Assembly (NCBI GenBank): GCA_000002435.2
Contig: CM018793.1
Reading direction: 5' to 3' (one strand)
DNA length: 64,000 nt
DNA from: Giardia intestinalis
Lineage: Eukaryota
A program made the translations under genes and the position numbers. This document shows, piece after piece, positions 10,246 through 19,911 of this stretch. Positions within the stretch are counted from its first letter, which is position 1. Each line of letters begins with the position of its first letter. The notes beneath the pieces were generated by a model. That model saw only the letters and a program-made list of their open reading frames with translations. It made no database searches and was not told the origin of the DNA.

Positions 10246-10773
10246 CTATGACTGGTGAGGTTCTCCAGCGCCATTGCGCGGGTTGATACCAGAGTTGGAC
10301 AGGGAGCTATGAAGACTGAGAAGCAAGTCATTGCTAATTGCACGACCTTCAGGAGGAATATCATCGACAAGATTATTCAAGGCATGCTGAATACGTGCTT
10401 GGGTTCGTATGGCGTCTGCATTTTGGTTCCCATCAAAAAGTGACGATGTGAGGCGCGAAGACGGGGAGGTTGACGATCTAAAAGGCTGCACTCGTGCTCG
10501 AGAGGAACAAGGGTGCAGAGCAGCCCTACGGAGACTGCAGTAGGGCATACTTGCATACATGTCCGCAACGGGAGGGCTCTGGAGGAGATCTCTATTGAGC
10601 TCGCGGCGACCCCACTGAACAGCAGATGCAATATTTGAACTCACATAGTTCCTCGTCGGACGCTTCAGACAGAGCGGGAGGGCTGAAACCATGCGGCCTA
10701 TCTCTGCTGGAGGTAGCCGCGGGGCTCGTGGGGACGGAGGCGTCGGAGACAAAGCCAGTGAATCTAATAACAT
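10246..10773 (-). CDS. Hypothetical Ser/Pro/Arg-rich protein
   Basis: ORF-track start 10791 is TTG; the first ATG is at 10773. Compositionally biased, so it could be a spurious ORF. Confidence 0.3.
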   Translation of the reverse strand: MLLDSLALSPTPPSPRAPRLPPAEIGRMVSALPLCLKRPTRNYVSSNIASAVQWGRRELNRDLLQSPPVADMYASMPYCSLRRAALHPCSSRARVQPFRSSTSPSSRLTSSLFDGNQNADAIRTQARIQHALNNLVDDIPPEGRAISNDLLLSLHSSLSNSGINPRNGAGEPHQS

Positions 10774-10817
10774 ATTCACAAGACAGCACAAAAGGCAGGA
10801 GGAGGGGTGACCACGGA

Positions 10818-12449
10818 TCAGTCGTTCAGTCCAATCATGTTCTTTGCAACGTTCATCACCATGGCTCCCTTTGTAGGGATGCCTGTTCCACTTTCCTTGG
10901 GCCCGAATACGCTCATGAGGCCCTTCGACTCCTTCGTACCCTTCTTACTCTTCTTGCTGTCATCCTCACTAGTCCGCTTACGAATCTTGCAGCGCTTGCA
11001 CTGAACAAATACATATGTCACCCAGAGGGCTACTGCAACCGGAGATAGTGCGACTATAGCCCAGTACATGTTCAGAAACCAAGCATCGAATTTGCATGCA
11101 TTGGCAACTGTGTCCTTGAAGAGTTTGTACACACCAGACGCATTAGTATATTCGCTCATCATCACGATAAGAAACAGGAGAGACGGGAGCGCACCTACAC
11201 ACATCATCATAGAATTAAATACAAAGCCCACAAGGGGCGTGTTGTTCCGCTCCATAGGGTAGATCTTCATGAAAAACACAAACTTGAGTCCCAGGATTGT
11301 CACCCCGTTAACAAAACAGAACAAGATATAAATGGCGAGGCTACTGTAAAAGATTATCGACAGGATGGGGAAAGGCAAGGCACTGTCCATGGCTGCGAAT
11401 GCTTTGTCTAAAATGTAAAAGGGCTTAGGTAGCGCGGCCGCTATTATCTGGATGTACCAGAGCACAGAAACTATTAAGAAAAATATTCCAAGTACCAGTA
11501 GTAAATAGTACTTGAGTGGATTAGCTGTCTCCTTGATATTCATGGCGAGAGTGTCAGTGTACTCCCTCTCCATCTCCTCGAGGTCTCGCTCAAGCTTCTC
11601 GAAATTACGTGCCTCTTTCCTTAAAGATGACCTGCTGAACAGGGCGCTTCTTTCGTTTCTCTTTATCATCCTTTCAACGTGGTCTCGGCTGTACTCTTTG
11701 ATCAGTAGTTCATATATTCTGTCGTACTCCTTCAAAAGATTGAGTGACCTCTGCTTGTAGCGCTGCTTGAACGTGAGGAGCTCGTCCTTGTTCATGCTAT
11801 GAGGCCGTTTGATAAACCTAATGATGTATGATACGGGATAAATAAATAGCCCGACGGATAAGAACAAAACGAAAATTATGCTACCGAGGAAGCAAGCAAA
11901 AACAATGAAGTAAATGTAGATAGGCATGGTCGAAGATGTGGACGCTTTCAGAATCCTCTCTGGTGCAGCCAGGGCATTTGTCGTCTGCTTTGGGCAGGTG
12001 TTCCTTACTTCCAGTAGCCACCACAGAAATGCAGACAAGAGCAGCGTGCTCGCGATGATGACTGCGGCCTTCCAGAGGCCCCCAAGCAACGACCTTCCTA
12101 TCGTTTCTCCGGCATTACGAGAAGAGATGTAGAAGTAGCAGAGAGGGAGGAGAAATGTTGCCAAAAAAATTGCGAAGAGCATCAATCCGACCCAAATATA
12201 TGACATGATGGTCGGATTTATCCCAACTGGAGACGTAGCATTGAACGTTGAACTATTCGCCCGATCAAGGGGGATCATGACAGGGAGCATGAACAGGAAG
12301 AAAAGAGAGAAGACAACTAAAATCCGAGACGGCAACTCGACCCATTTGTCGCTAGGCCTCGACCAGTAAAGCAATATGTAAATTGACATGGCCAGCACGA
12401 TGGCTGCAGCCCCCAGAGCAAGCCCCAGGAGAACCCAGGAGACACCCAT
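10818..12449 (-). CDS. Multi-pass membrane protein, LMBR1/LIMR-like topology
   Basis: 543 aa. N-terminal block of 4-5 TM helices, a central cytoplasmic coiled-coil loop (…ELLIKEYSRDHVERMIKRNERSALFSRSSLRKEARNFEKLERDLEEMEREY…), then 4-5 further TM helices and a Lys-rich tail. ATG 12449 is preceded by caaaatcaaaaaagtgaATG. Confidence 0.55.
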   Translation of the reverse strand: MGVSWVLLGLALGAAAIVLAMSIYILLYWSRPSDKWVELPSRILVVFSLFFLFMLPVMIPLDRANSSTFNATSPVGINPTIMSYIWVGLMLFAIFLATFLLPLCYFYISSRNAGETIGRSLLGGLWKAAVIIASTLLLSAFLWWLLEVRNTCPKQTTNALAAPERILKASTSSTMPIYIYFIVFACFLGSIIFVLFLSVGLFIYPVSYIIRFIKRPHSMNKDELLTFKQRYKQRSLNLLKEYDRIYELLIKEYSRDHVERMIKRNERSALFSRSSLRKEARNFEKLERDLEEMEREYTDTLAMNIKETANPLKYYLLLVLGIFFLIVSVLWYIQIIAAALPKPFYILDKAFAAMDSALPFPILSIIFYSSLAIYILFCFVNGVTILGLKFVFFMKIYPMERNNTPLVGFVFNSMMMCVGALPSLLFLIVMMSEYTNASGVYKLFKDTVANACKFDAWFLNMYWAIVALSPVAVALWVTYVFVQCKRCKIRKRTSEDDSKKSKKGTKESKGLMSVFGPKESGTGIPTKGAMVMNVAKNMIGLND

Positions 12450-12454
12450 TCACT
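12448..12454 (-). promoter_or_regulatory. AGTGAAT poly(A) signal of the RNA polymerase gene, overlapping the start codon of the next gene
   Basis: Minus strand reads aaaagtgaATGggt. An AGTRAAY motif lies 41-47 nt downstream of the RNAP stop (12495) and overlaps the ATG of the LMBR1-like gene. Confidence 0.5.
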
Positions 12455-12494
12455 TTTTTGATTTTGGACGAACAAATTGATAGTTAGTAGATGC

Positions 12495-15400
12495 CTACTC
12501 AACTAGAGATACATTGAAGCGCATTCTCACACCCATCGCTGCGAGGTCATTGGCAAGAACGAGCAGCACCATGGGTATTTGTATGAGCCGCCCGTGGCCT
12601 GTAGCCTTACATTCTCGGCAGACACTTCCGCCCAGCTGCATTCCAAGCAGACTTCCACATGCAGCGCAGACAACGTGCTCCGTGGCGTCACTCTCTGTGC
12701 AGAGTCTACCCCTAAGGCTCGCCATAGCTCCGTGGGCCAACAAAGCATCTCGCTCCATTTCTCCGAAGCGCAGGCCGCCACCCCTCTTACGCCCCTTGAT
12801 GGGCTGCTTTGTGATCTTGTCGGAGGGGCCTTCTGCGCGAACCTGGTACTTGTCTGACACCATGTGTCGTAGACGCTGATAGTAGACAACGCCAATGAAA
12901 ATGTCGGCTGGCATTGGGTCCCCAGTTATGGCGCTGTACATGACCTCCGACCCGTACCTATTAAATTGGCCTGTTTTGAGAAGTTGCTCACCAAAGACAT
13001 CTATAGCGCGACGCTCGTCACTCCACTGAAAAGGCGAAGAATCAACAAAGTCAGCGTAGTGCACGCCTATCTTGGAGGCAAGTGACTCTATAAGCATTCC
13101 GACTGTCATTCTGGATGGAAAAGCGTGGGGGTTAATGATGAGGTCGGGAACTATACCGCTGGAGGTAAAGGGCATGTCGGTTTGCCGCCACCGTATCCCC
13201 ATGATTCCTTTCTGGCCATGTCGGCTTGCAACCTTGTCTCCCACAACAGGAGTTCTGTCGTGCCGAATGACTATGCGCACGCGCTGAATAAAGTGTAGAG
13301 ATGAGCTCTCAGTTCGAGCACGGGTCTGCAACTGTCTAGAGGACTTTCTCTCCGCCTTGCTTGCGTGTGACCGCGGCGTTGCTGTTTGGTTATCTTCATT
13401 TGATTCGGAACCGCTACCTGGCTGGTTACTTATCTCATCATCCGAAGCATCATTATCAAGGTTGGATGAGTTGGAGTCTCCAGCTGGAAACGAAGAGTCC
13501 CGTTTCTTCTTTGTAGCAATATCGTTATCGGTCCAATACTCTCCTTTCGCAGCGCTTTTATGAATAACGATGACCTTCTCCACAAACCCCGGTTCGTGAT
13601 GGTACAGCTTGGTTGAGTAGCACTGCTTAGTTGGGTCATACGTTTGGTAGAATACACTGCCATGCGACAGGTATGCCCCAACGGGAGGAAGCCCGTCCTC
13701 GTCTAGCTCTGTGTCGTAGTTCTCATCCATGTGAGTCACAATATAGTCTGGGCTGCGCTTGAGGTAGGGCACGGCAGTGGCTACGGTTCGCATGTATCTC
13801 ATTAGCTTGTCGTCGTAGCAATCTATGTCGTGAACCGAATAAACGGTTCCGTGAAAAAGACCTCGCTCCAGCGAGGCCTTGTTGATCAGTGCTGCGTCCT
13901 CCATATCGTATGAGGTATACGCCGAGACTGCCACCACTAGGTTCGTGCCTGTTGGGTGGGTATCGAAGCCACCAATATCATGTATGATTGCGTTCCGCAC
14001 AAGAGGCTTCTGGGGAGTTGTAAGGAGATAGGACTTTGTATCATATTTATATGCAAGATTGCGGCACGGGATTCCCATCGTTTGCTTGAGCATTTGGCAC
14101 TCATACATGTTCCTGGGGGACTGATTGTGGTCCGAGAATGGCACCAGAAGCCCAAGAATGGAGAGAAGGGAGGTTGGGGTAATTTCTTGATGCGTAGTCA
14201 CCCCCAGGCGCACGTCGTCGCCATAGATGGCTATCTGAAGGAATATCTGCTCAAGAGGAGTAATATACTCTGGTGAATTATTAGTCAGTGAGTGGACAGG
14301 GCGATAGAATCGTCCCATGGATGTGTTCATATAGATTCCCGGAAAGAGATGATCTTTATTGCCCTTCTCTATAAAAACGACTTCGGTGTACGGGAAAATA
14401 ATAGACTTTACCTTTGCTGCGCGAATGCACGCGACAAGCTGAATTGCACGTTCATTCGTATCTAAATAGCCTAGAATAGTGCCATTGAGCACCACACAAA
14501 GGCTGTAGATATCAGAAAGAGAGGGGGAAAGCCCAAATTGTGCCAATAATATGAATAGATTTGCAATTTGATCGGTGGTTGGGGTGGAGCTGAGGACCGT
14601 GGCCTTATAGCAAAGATGCGTGAGTATTCCACATGGCGCACCATCCGGGGTGTGGACAGCACACTGGAAGCCGTAGGACTCTGGGTACAGTTTTCTAATG
14701 CTAGTGATTTTGTGAGTCGCAAAGGCGTTTCCTCGGTTTATGCAACGAAAATGCGCCAGGAAGCGGACGTAGTTTATCCTATCTGCAAGGACCGAGAGGC
14801 CACTCATATTAGAGTAGTCGTGGCCCTTGTATGCGCGCATCACTCCCGGTCCGGCAAGAGATCGCAGGCCACTAGACAAGGGCCTCCAAAGTTTGGGAGA
14901 GGCTATGTAATGAGAAATCCAAGAGTTTGAGAGCTCATAGCTGCCAATGGCTCCGGTGGAGGTGGCGTTTCGAGAGACAAGACGCATGATTTTGATGAGG
15001 GTAGACGTGACCTCTGCCTTGAAAAAGGCGCCAGGAGTAAGAGCCTCTTGCGAAGACAGCAGGTCTGGACTGTCTGGCTTTATAAAGCTACCAAAGAGCA
15101 GCAGGCATTTGCGGGCCATGAGGCACATCATATTAAACTTGGCTCTGGTGTCTTCCTTGGGGATGTTTATCAGAAGGTACTGCTCGAATAATAGGTCACA
15201 GCAGTCCACATCTGTCAAGTCATACCTATCTAACAAGGAAAGGATCATCCTGAACTTACCGCCAAGTAACTGCTTGCAGGCTTTGTGGGAGAAAATGCGA
15301 TATTTGTGAAAGTCTCGCAGCATAGCTTCAACCCGAAGGGAGACATATCCATCTTCTTTGGGGTGTGCTGAAGCACAGATGGTACAGATGGTGGAATAAA

Positions 15401-16202
15401 TCTCCTTATCTGTTGTCGAAACTAGAGCACGCAGAACCAGTATGAGAGGCACATAAATGTATCTTCCATCTATTGTGAATTTCACGCTGAGAAAGTTATC
15501 CTTTCGTGCCTGTATGACTGTGGAGTAGACGTGCCCATCTTCTCGAACCCCTTTGTAGTGCACGCCTGCAGGAGCAAATTCAGAAATCGTGGACAAAGAA
15601 CGATATTTGGTGAACGCAAGGGGGGTATTAGACAGACAGTCCAAATAAAGGCGCACAACTTTGTCTTGACCATTTGAGATAAAGTATCCCCCCGCATCAC
15701 GCTCATCCTCGCGGAGTCGTATCCTTTCTTCCCGTGTTTTCCCATGCAACAAGCAAAGCTTTGATCCTACCATGACCGGAACGTCTCCGGCATTGATGAC
15801 TACGGTCTTGGACATTGGTCCGTCCGACACCTTGAGGGTAACGTGTAGTGGGCCACAATAGTTGGCGCGTGTTTCCCGGGCAAAAGCTGGTGTAAAAGAA
15901 GGAGGCTTGATGGTTAGATTGACTATTTCGACCTTAATAGCCTTGGATGTGCTTAGGTTAATAACTATTGCAGGTGCGTGTTTGATGATTGTTGTATTTA
16001 AGGAATCAATGAAATCGTTGAATGAGTTGACGTGAGCACTGACGGCTTCTGTGTTGAAGTTCTCGTTGAACTGCGACGTATATCCAGTATGTCTTGGAGA
16101 TAGTTTGCGGCGCCACCGGTTGTCCTTATGGTCTTTCTTCTGGTTGCAGATCTTTAAATCATCTATATCCTCGGTTGGGAGGTCAGTAAGGCAGAGCGTC
16201 AT
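12495..16202 (-). CDS. DNA-directed RNA polymerase second-largest subunit (Rpb2/RPA2 family; motifs favour Pol I A135-type)
   Basis: GDKVASRHGQKG signature and C-terminal Zn ribbon CAACGSLLG…CRECK. N-terminal HVNSFNDFI, and TPDGAPCGILTHL (closest to the A135 TPDGSPCGLLNH). ORF-track start 16316 is GTG. The first ATG is at 16202, with the initiator aatttcaattaaaacttATG. Confidence 0.88.
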   Translation of the reverse strand: MTLCLTDLPTEDIDDLKICNQKKDHKDNRWRRKLSPRHTGYTSQFNENFNTEAVSAHVNSFNDFIDSLNTTIIKHAPAIVINLSTSKAIKVEIVNLTIKPPSFTPAFARETRANYCGPLHVTLKVSDGPMSKTVVINAGDVPVMVGSKLCLLHGKTREERIRLREDERDAGGYFISNGQDKVVRLYLDCLSNTPLAFTKYRSLSTISEFAPAGVHYKGVREDGHVYSTVIQARKDNFLSVKFTIDGRYIYVPLILVLRALVSTTDKEIYSTICTICASAHPKEDGYVSLRVEAMLRDFHKYRIFSHKACKQLLGGKFRMILSLLDRYDLTDVDCCDLLFEQYLLINIPKEDTRAKFNMMCLMARKCLLLFGSFIKPDSPDLLSSQEALTPGAFFKAEVTSTLIKIMRLVSRNATSTGAIGSYELSNSWISHYIASPKLWRPLSSGLRSLAGPGVMRAYKGHDYSNMSGLSVLADRINYVRFLAHFRCINRGNAFATHKITSIRKLYPESYGFQCAVHTPDGAPCGILTHLCYKATVLSSTPTTDQIANLFILLAQFGLSPSLSDIYSLCVVLNGTILGYLDTNERAIQLVACIRAAKVKSIIFPYTEVVFIEKGNKDHLFPGIYMNTSMGRFYRPVHSLTNNSPEYITPLEQIFLQIAIYGDDVRLGVTTHQEITPTSLLSILGLLVPFSDHNQSPRNMYECQMLKQTMGIPCRNLAYKYDTKSYLLTTPQKPLVRNAIIHDIGGFDTHPTGTNLVVAVSAYTSYDMEDAALINKASLERGLFHGTVYSVHDIDCYDDKLMRYMRTVATAVPYLKRSPDYIVTHMDENYDTELDEDGLPPVGAYLSHGSVFYQTYDPTKQCYSTKLYHHEPGFVEKVIVIHKSAAKGEYWTDNDIATKKKRDSSFPAGDSNSSNLDNDASDDEISNQPGSGSESNEDNQTATPRSHASKAERKSSRQLQTRARTESSSLHFIQRVRIVIRHDRTPVVGDKVASRHGQKGIMGIRWRQTDMPFTSSGIVPDLIINPHAFPSRMTVGMLIESLASKIGVHYADFVDSSPFQWSDERRAIDVFGEQLLKTGQFNRYGSEVMYSAITGDPMPADIFIGVVYYQRLRHMVSDKYQVRAEGPSDKITKQPIKGRKRGGGLRFGEMERDALLAHGAMASLRGRLCTESDATEHVVCAACGSLLGMQLGGSVCRECKATGHGRLIQIPMVLLVLANDLAAMGVRMRFNVSLVE

Positions 16203-16701
16203 AAGTTTTAATTGAAATTCAGTGATTTGGAACTCTGGCCTACCATACCAATCTGGTAACGAGCTAGAGAGATTATGGGCGGCTATCCTGATTGCTATTT
16301 CTTTACTCCTCGTCACTCACTATGTCCCCTTACTTCATTTAATGCGATGTGATAGCTGAGCTACGAGTCTGGGCAGACATACCCTTTCGCTCTCCCAGTG
16401 ACATGTGTTTGATGGTATGGCCTTAAAAAGTAAATACCTCTATGCTCTGCTTAGTCTAGACGCCAATCGACACAGGACAGGATTGGTAAAAAATTGAAGC
16501 GCAATCTCAGCACTGATCAACACAGGAAAAGCTGACCGAACACACCCTGCTCTACTCACCCTGTGCACAAAAACATCCCCCCTCGGGGAACGGAAGGCTG
16601 ACCTAGCCACCCCCAAGCGTCGATCGGTGGCTCCATTATTGGGGCAGCGCGCAGCGGAATGGGCCTCGCCGGCGCGCAGCACGGGCGACCCCAAGGAGGA
16701 G

Positions 16702-17493
16702 ATGAAAGCCAGAGCTATAGACCAATTACAGGCCAACATCCATTGGAAGCAGTCCTATCAGAATAGGAAAGAGCTTGAGGAGCTCACTACGGGGAGGACA
16801 GGTGTCTCATTCATAGCGGCCAGACTAAACAACAGAGCCCCAGAAAACTTAAACATATCTGCCATAGGGTATCAAAGACGTGCTTTGAGTCCGCGCCGTA
16901 GCCTCAGTAAGTCATCTCCGCAATCAAGCATTCTGGCTCCAGATAGCCTTCGGTTCCTTTTCGAAGAAAGCCCCCAGCAAGTGCCCACGAGGATGAAGCC
17001 ACAGGAGCTTCCACGTGCAAATGGTAACTCAATGACAAGGGAGGAGATAAGCCAGGCCATGAGCAGGATTCGTGCAAGGAGAGCGGCTAGCCTGAACAAA
17101 ACATATACTCTTGATGGGAGCCCATGTACCTTGATTACCTTCAATTCCCATCTGAAGGACGAAGATGTTGATAAACTTAACGTGTCTCTCCAAACCAGGG
17201 GTGCCGGCACTTCCATAGATGGTGGCTGCATGCGAGGAGGTGCACTATCAACCGTTCTTCGTGAGATTGACCAGATTCCAGACCAGGAGCTCCTTTGTGA
17301 GTCCCCTCGTGACCCAATATCTGGCTGTGTGGACACGGCTTTCAGAAGTTACAGCAGAGGAAGCTCTACAGCAGCGCCCACTCGACCGCAGGCACAGCTG
17401 GGGTTTTCTACTATGTCACTTAAGCCATTCTTCGGAGAGTCTATGTGCCTAAACCACGCAGCAGCCCGCCACAGAGCGAAGGCTATTGCTTGA
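16702..17493 (+). CDS. Hypothetical protein (low confidence)
   Basis: Longest ORF in a 1.3-kb gap. Track start 16627 is GTG; the first ATG is at 16702. No A/T-rich initiator and no recognisable domain. Confidence 0.3.
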   Translation: MKARAIDQLQANIHWKQSYQNRKELEELTTGRTGVSFIAARLNNRAPENLNISAIGYQRRALSPRRSLSKSSPQSSILAPDSLRFLFEESPQQVPTRMKPQELPRANGNSMTREEISQAMSRIRARRAASLNKTYTLDGSPCTLITFNSHLKDEDVDKLNVSLQTRGAGTSIDGGCMRGGALSTVLREIDQIPDQELLCESPRDPISGCVDTAFRSYSRGSSTAAPTRPQAQLGFSTMSLKPFFGESMCLNHAAARHRAKAIA

Positions 17494-17608
17494 TAGCCAT
17501 ACAGCAATAGAAGGGCTGCTGTGCACGTGTTTGCACTTACTTTCCCACGCTGATTAAGTAAATTATATTAGCAGAATTCATAAAAAACTACCGCTTGGAT
17601 TCTACGCC

Positions 17609-19855
17609 ATGTCTATAACGACTTCTGGCCAGTGGTTCGAGGCGGTGCACCAGAGGAACTACATGCTTGTTGAGCGCTACGCAGACAGGTTTGCGTCCTC
17701 GGTCAATAGTCACGGAGAGACCGCACTTATGTTGGCTACGCGCGCGCAAGATGTCCAGATGATGGAGCTCCTGGTTGGCTATGAGCGGGGCATGTTCAAT
17801 AAGATGGGGGAAACGGCGCTTGTCATTGCCATAGACAACAACTTGTTCATGGGGATCGAGCTTTTGGCGCGGAATGAGGCTAATTCGACGGGGTATGATG
17901 GGTCGTCTCCTCTACACCACGTTGTGAGGTCAAACAAGATTGATTTTGTCCCGTACCTGGCTCCTCTTCTGGCGCAGAAGTGCGATGACGCTGGAAGGAC
18001 GCCTCTCGAGCTGGCAGCAGAACTAGGCTACACAGAAATGATGGAGCGTCTCATCCGCCACGGACTCCCTGTGGCCACGGCAGATCAGATCAATCGTGCA
18101 GCTCAAATTGCTGAGGAGCACGGATTTCCAGACTGTGCGTATGCCATCCGCAATACATCGGCGCCGCCCACCGATACGCAGGGAGGACGCCAGATTTTCA
18201 GCGGCACAGGACATATTTGCGAGAATGCCCGAAGTGATCAGTATTATAATGACGTCACTGCGAATCAACTACACGCTCACAGCGCACGAATTGTTGCACC
18301 AGTTGTGCCTCCAGAGCTAGACCCAGAGCAGATAGAGGGCATGGGGAAAGGGCACAGCATGTCCCCCTATGCAATTTACAACACAAACTGTCTAAACTGC
18401 GAAAAGAACATCACCGCTCTTGTTTCCTTGCTAATCGATAGGGATCAGACGGTGTCAGAGCTTAGACACAGACTTGATGTTGCCCAGAATGATAACGTTA
18501 TCCTCAAGAAGAAGATCCGAGCCCTGGAAGAACTTCAGGAGCGGCACTACCAGGGGTCGATAGAGCACGCCATGGCCATCGAACGCGAGGCTAACCCGGA
18601 TCGCTACGTGGGGACAAATAATACTGTCGACCCATCGCATTCTCAGATCGAAAACCAATTGGACTTCAGCCATTCGGCCACGGCAACTCCGTCGCGGCAA
18701 GCAACTACTTCCAAGCTGGGGACTTCCAGGGGGAACTCGTCGATGCAATTGACAGGAGGATTCACTGAAAGGCACCTGAAGTGTCTGTCTCCGTCTCAAC
18801 GACAACAAGTCATCGAAGACGCAGCAACTATCGAGCTGGCAAATGACTACAAGACCCTCAGAACCCTGGGAATAGACGTCTCGAATGTCGTATCAGGGAC
18901 GACAAAGCTGTCCAGTAGCTCTACTGCAGATACGCTCAGGAGATCTCTGAGTAATTCGGGCCGGGTTCGGTCTATGCCAAGTGACACTGTACTGAACTGC
19001 GAGCCGGGATCTGCTCCATACTCCACACATATTTCCCGCAGATATGGCGACTCTCCATCCCGTTCGACATCTCGCACCAGAACAGCCCTATCGAGTTCAC
19101 AAACACGTGCGGGGAGCAACACTCTGCGTCGTTCTGGCTCAGTTACAGGTACGGCCACAGGAGCAACCAAGGCACATGGATCTACCTCTACCTCAAGAGC
19201 CCAGTCCAGAACACAGTCTAGGAATCAATCCCGCACGGGCCGGTCGGGCTCCACGGTGGACCGGCAAAGACATATGCCCCCGAGCAAGACTAATGCGATG
19301 GATGAAACGGAGCTCATGCTTGCCGCGCTTAACGGTGACTTGATGCTCGTCGATCAGCTGAGACATACGCAAGTGGGGTATGTCAACAAGTTTGGTAAAA
19401 CAGCGCTGATGTACGCGGCAGAACGGAACCATGTATCCTGCGTAACGCTCCTGTTTCTGAAGGAAAGTGGAAAGCAAGATAGAGATGGGATGTCCGCCTT
19501 GATGTACGCGGCTCAGTATGGCTACATGACCGTCTGCAAGACCCTTATGTATGCCGAGGCGAAGCTCACACGACACGACGGAATGACTGCATTGATGCTT
19601 GCGGCAAACAACGGTCACGAGCTTGTGGTTTCAATTCTCTTAGAGTTCGAAGCAGGATACCAGAACGTGGAGGGCATGACGGCGCTTATGTTAGCTGCAC
19701 AGAATGGCCACCTGGAATGCTGCAAGCTGCTGTGTTCGCAGGAGATCTTTATGGTTGATAATGAGGGCCACGACGCGGTCTGGCATGCTCGGGAATACGG
19801 CAGACAAGCCATTGCAATTGAGCTTAAGCATTACAAGGACTGCTTCAGTAAATAG
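17609..19855 (+). CDS. Ankyrin-repeat protein, Giardia 'protein 21.1' family
   Basis: N-terminal ankyrin block with a DWF-type start (SGQWFEAVHQRNY…GETALMLA), a coiled-coil segment, an Arg/Ser/Thr-rich middle, and a C-terminal ankyrin block with repeated G(M/K)TALM.AA. Initiator cataaaaaactaccgcttggattctacgccATG. Confidence 0.85.
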   Translation: MSITTSGQWFEAVHQRNYMLVERYADRFASSVNSHGETALMLATRAQDVQMMELLVGYERGMFNKMGETALVIAIDNNLFMGIELLARNEANSTGYDGSSPLHHVVRSNKIDFVPYLAPLLAQKCDDAGRTPLELAAELGYTEMMERLIRHGLPVATADQINRAAQIAEEHGFPDCAYAIRNTSAPPTDTQGGRQIFSGTGHICENARSDQYYNDVTANQLHAHSARIVAPVVPPELDPEQIEGMGKGHSMSPYAIYNTNCLNCEKNITALVSLLIDRDQTVSELRHRLDVAQNDNVILKKKIRALEELQERHYQGSIEHAMAIEREANPDRYVGTNNTVDPSHSQIENQLDFSHSATATPSRQATTSKLGTSRGNSSMQLTGGFTERHLKCLSPSQRQQVIEDAATIELANDYKTLRTLGIDVSNVVSGTTKLSSSSTADTLRRSLSNSGRVRSMPSDTVLNCEPGSAPYSTHISRRYGDSPSRSTSRTRTALSSSQTRAGSNTLRRSGSVTGTATGATKAHGSTSTSRAQSRTQSRNQSRTGRSGSTVDRQRHMPPSKTNAMDETELMLAALNGDLMLVDQLRHTQVGYVNKFGKTALMYAAERNHVSCVTLLFLKESGKQDRDGMSALMYAAQYGYMTVCKTLMYAEAKLTRHDGMTALMLAANNGHELVVSILLEFEAGYQNVEGMTALMLAAQNGHLECCKLLCSQEIFMVDNEGHDAVWHAREYGRQAIAIELKHYKDCFSK
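19847..19853 (+). promoter_or_regulatory. AGTAAAT poly(A) signal overlapping stop codon
   Basis: …ttcAGTAAATAGagag. The AGTRAAY motif shares its last T with the TAG stop at 19853-19855. Confidence 0.5.
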
Positions 19856-19911
19856 AGAGGGTGAGGGTCACAGGGGAGGATGTGCGCGAAGGCGTGTAAT
19901 CAAAAATTCAT

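Noticed and set aside
12514-12895. 121-aa and 92-aa plus-strand ORFs and a 122-aa minus-strand off-frame ORF near the 3' end of the RNA polymerase gene
   Set aside because: They overlap the conserved C-terminal Zn-ribbon region of the polymerase subunit. Treated as spurious.
16872-17336. 154-aa minus-strand ORF competing with the 16702..17493 plus-strand call
   Set aside because: It has a non-ATG start in the track and is shorter than the plus-strand ORF. Both are low-complexity, so I kept only the longer one, at low confidence. The locus may hold no real gene, or a different one.
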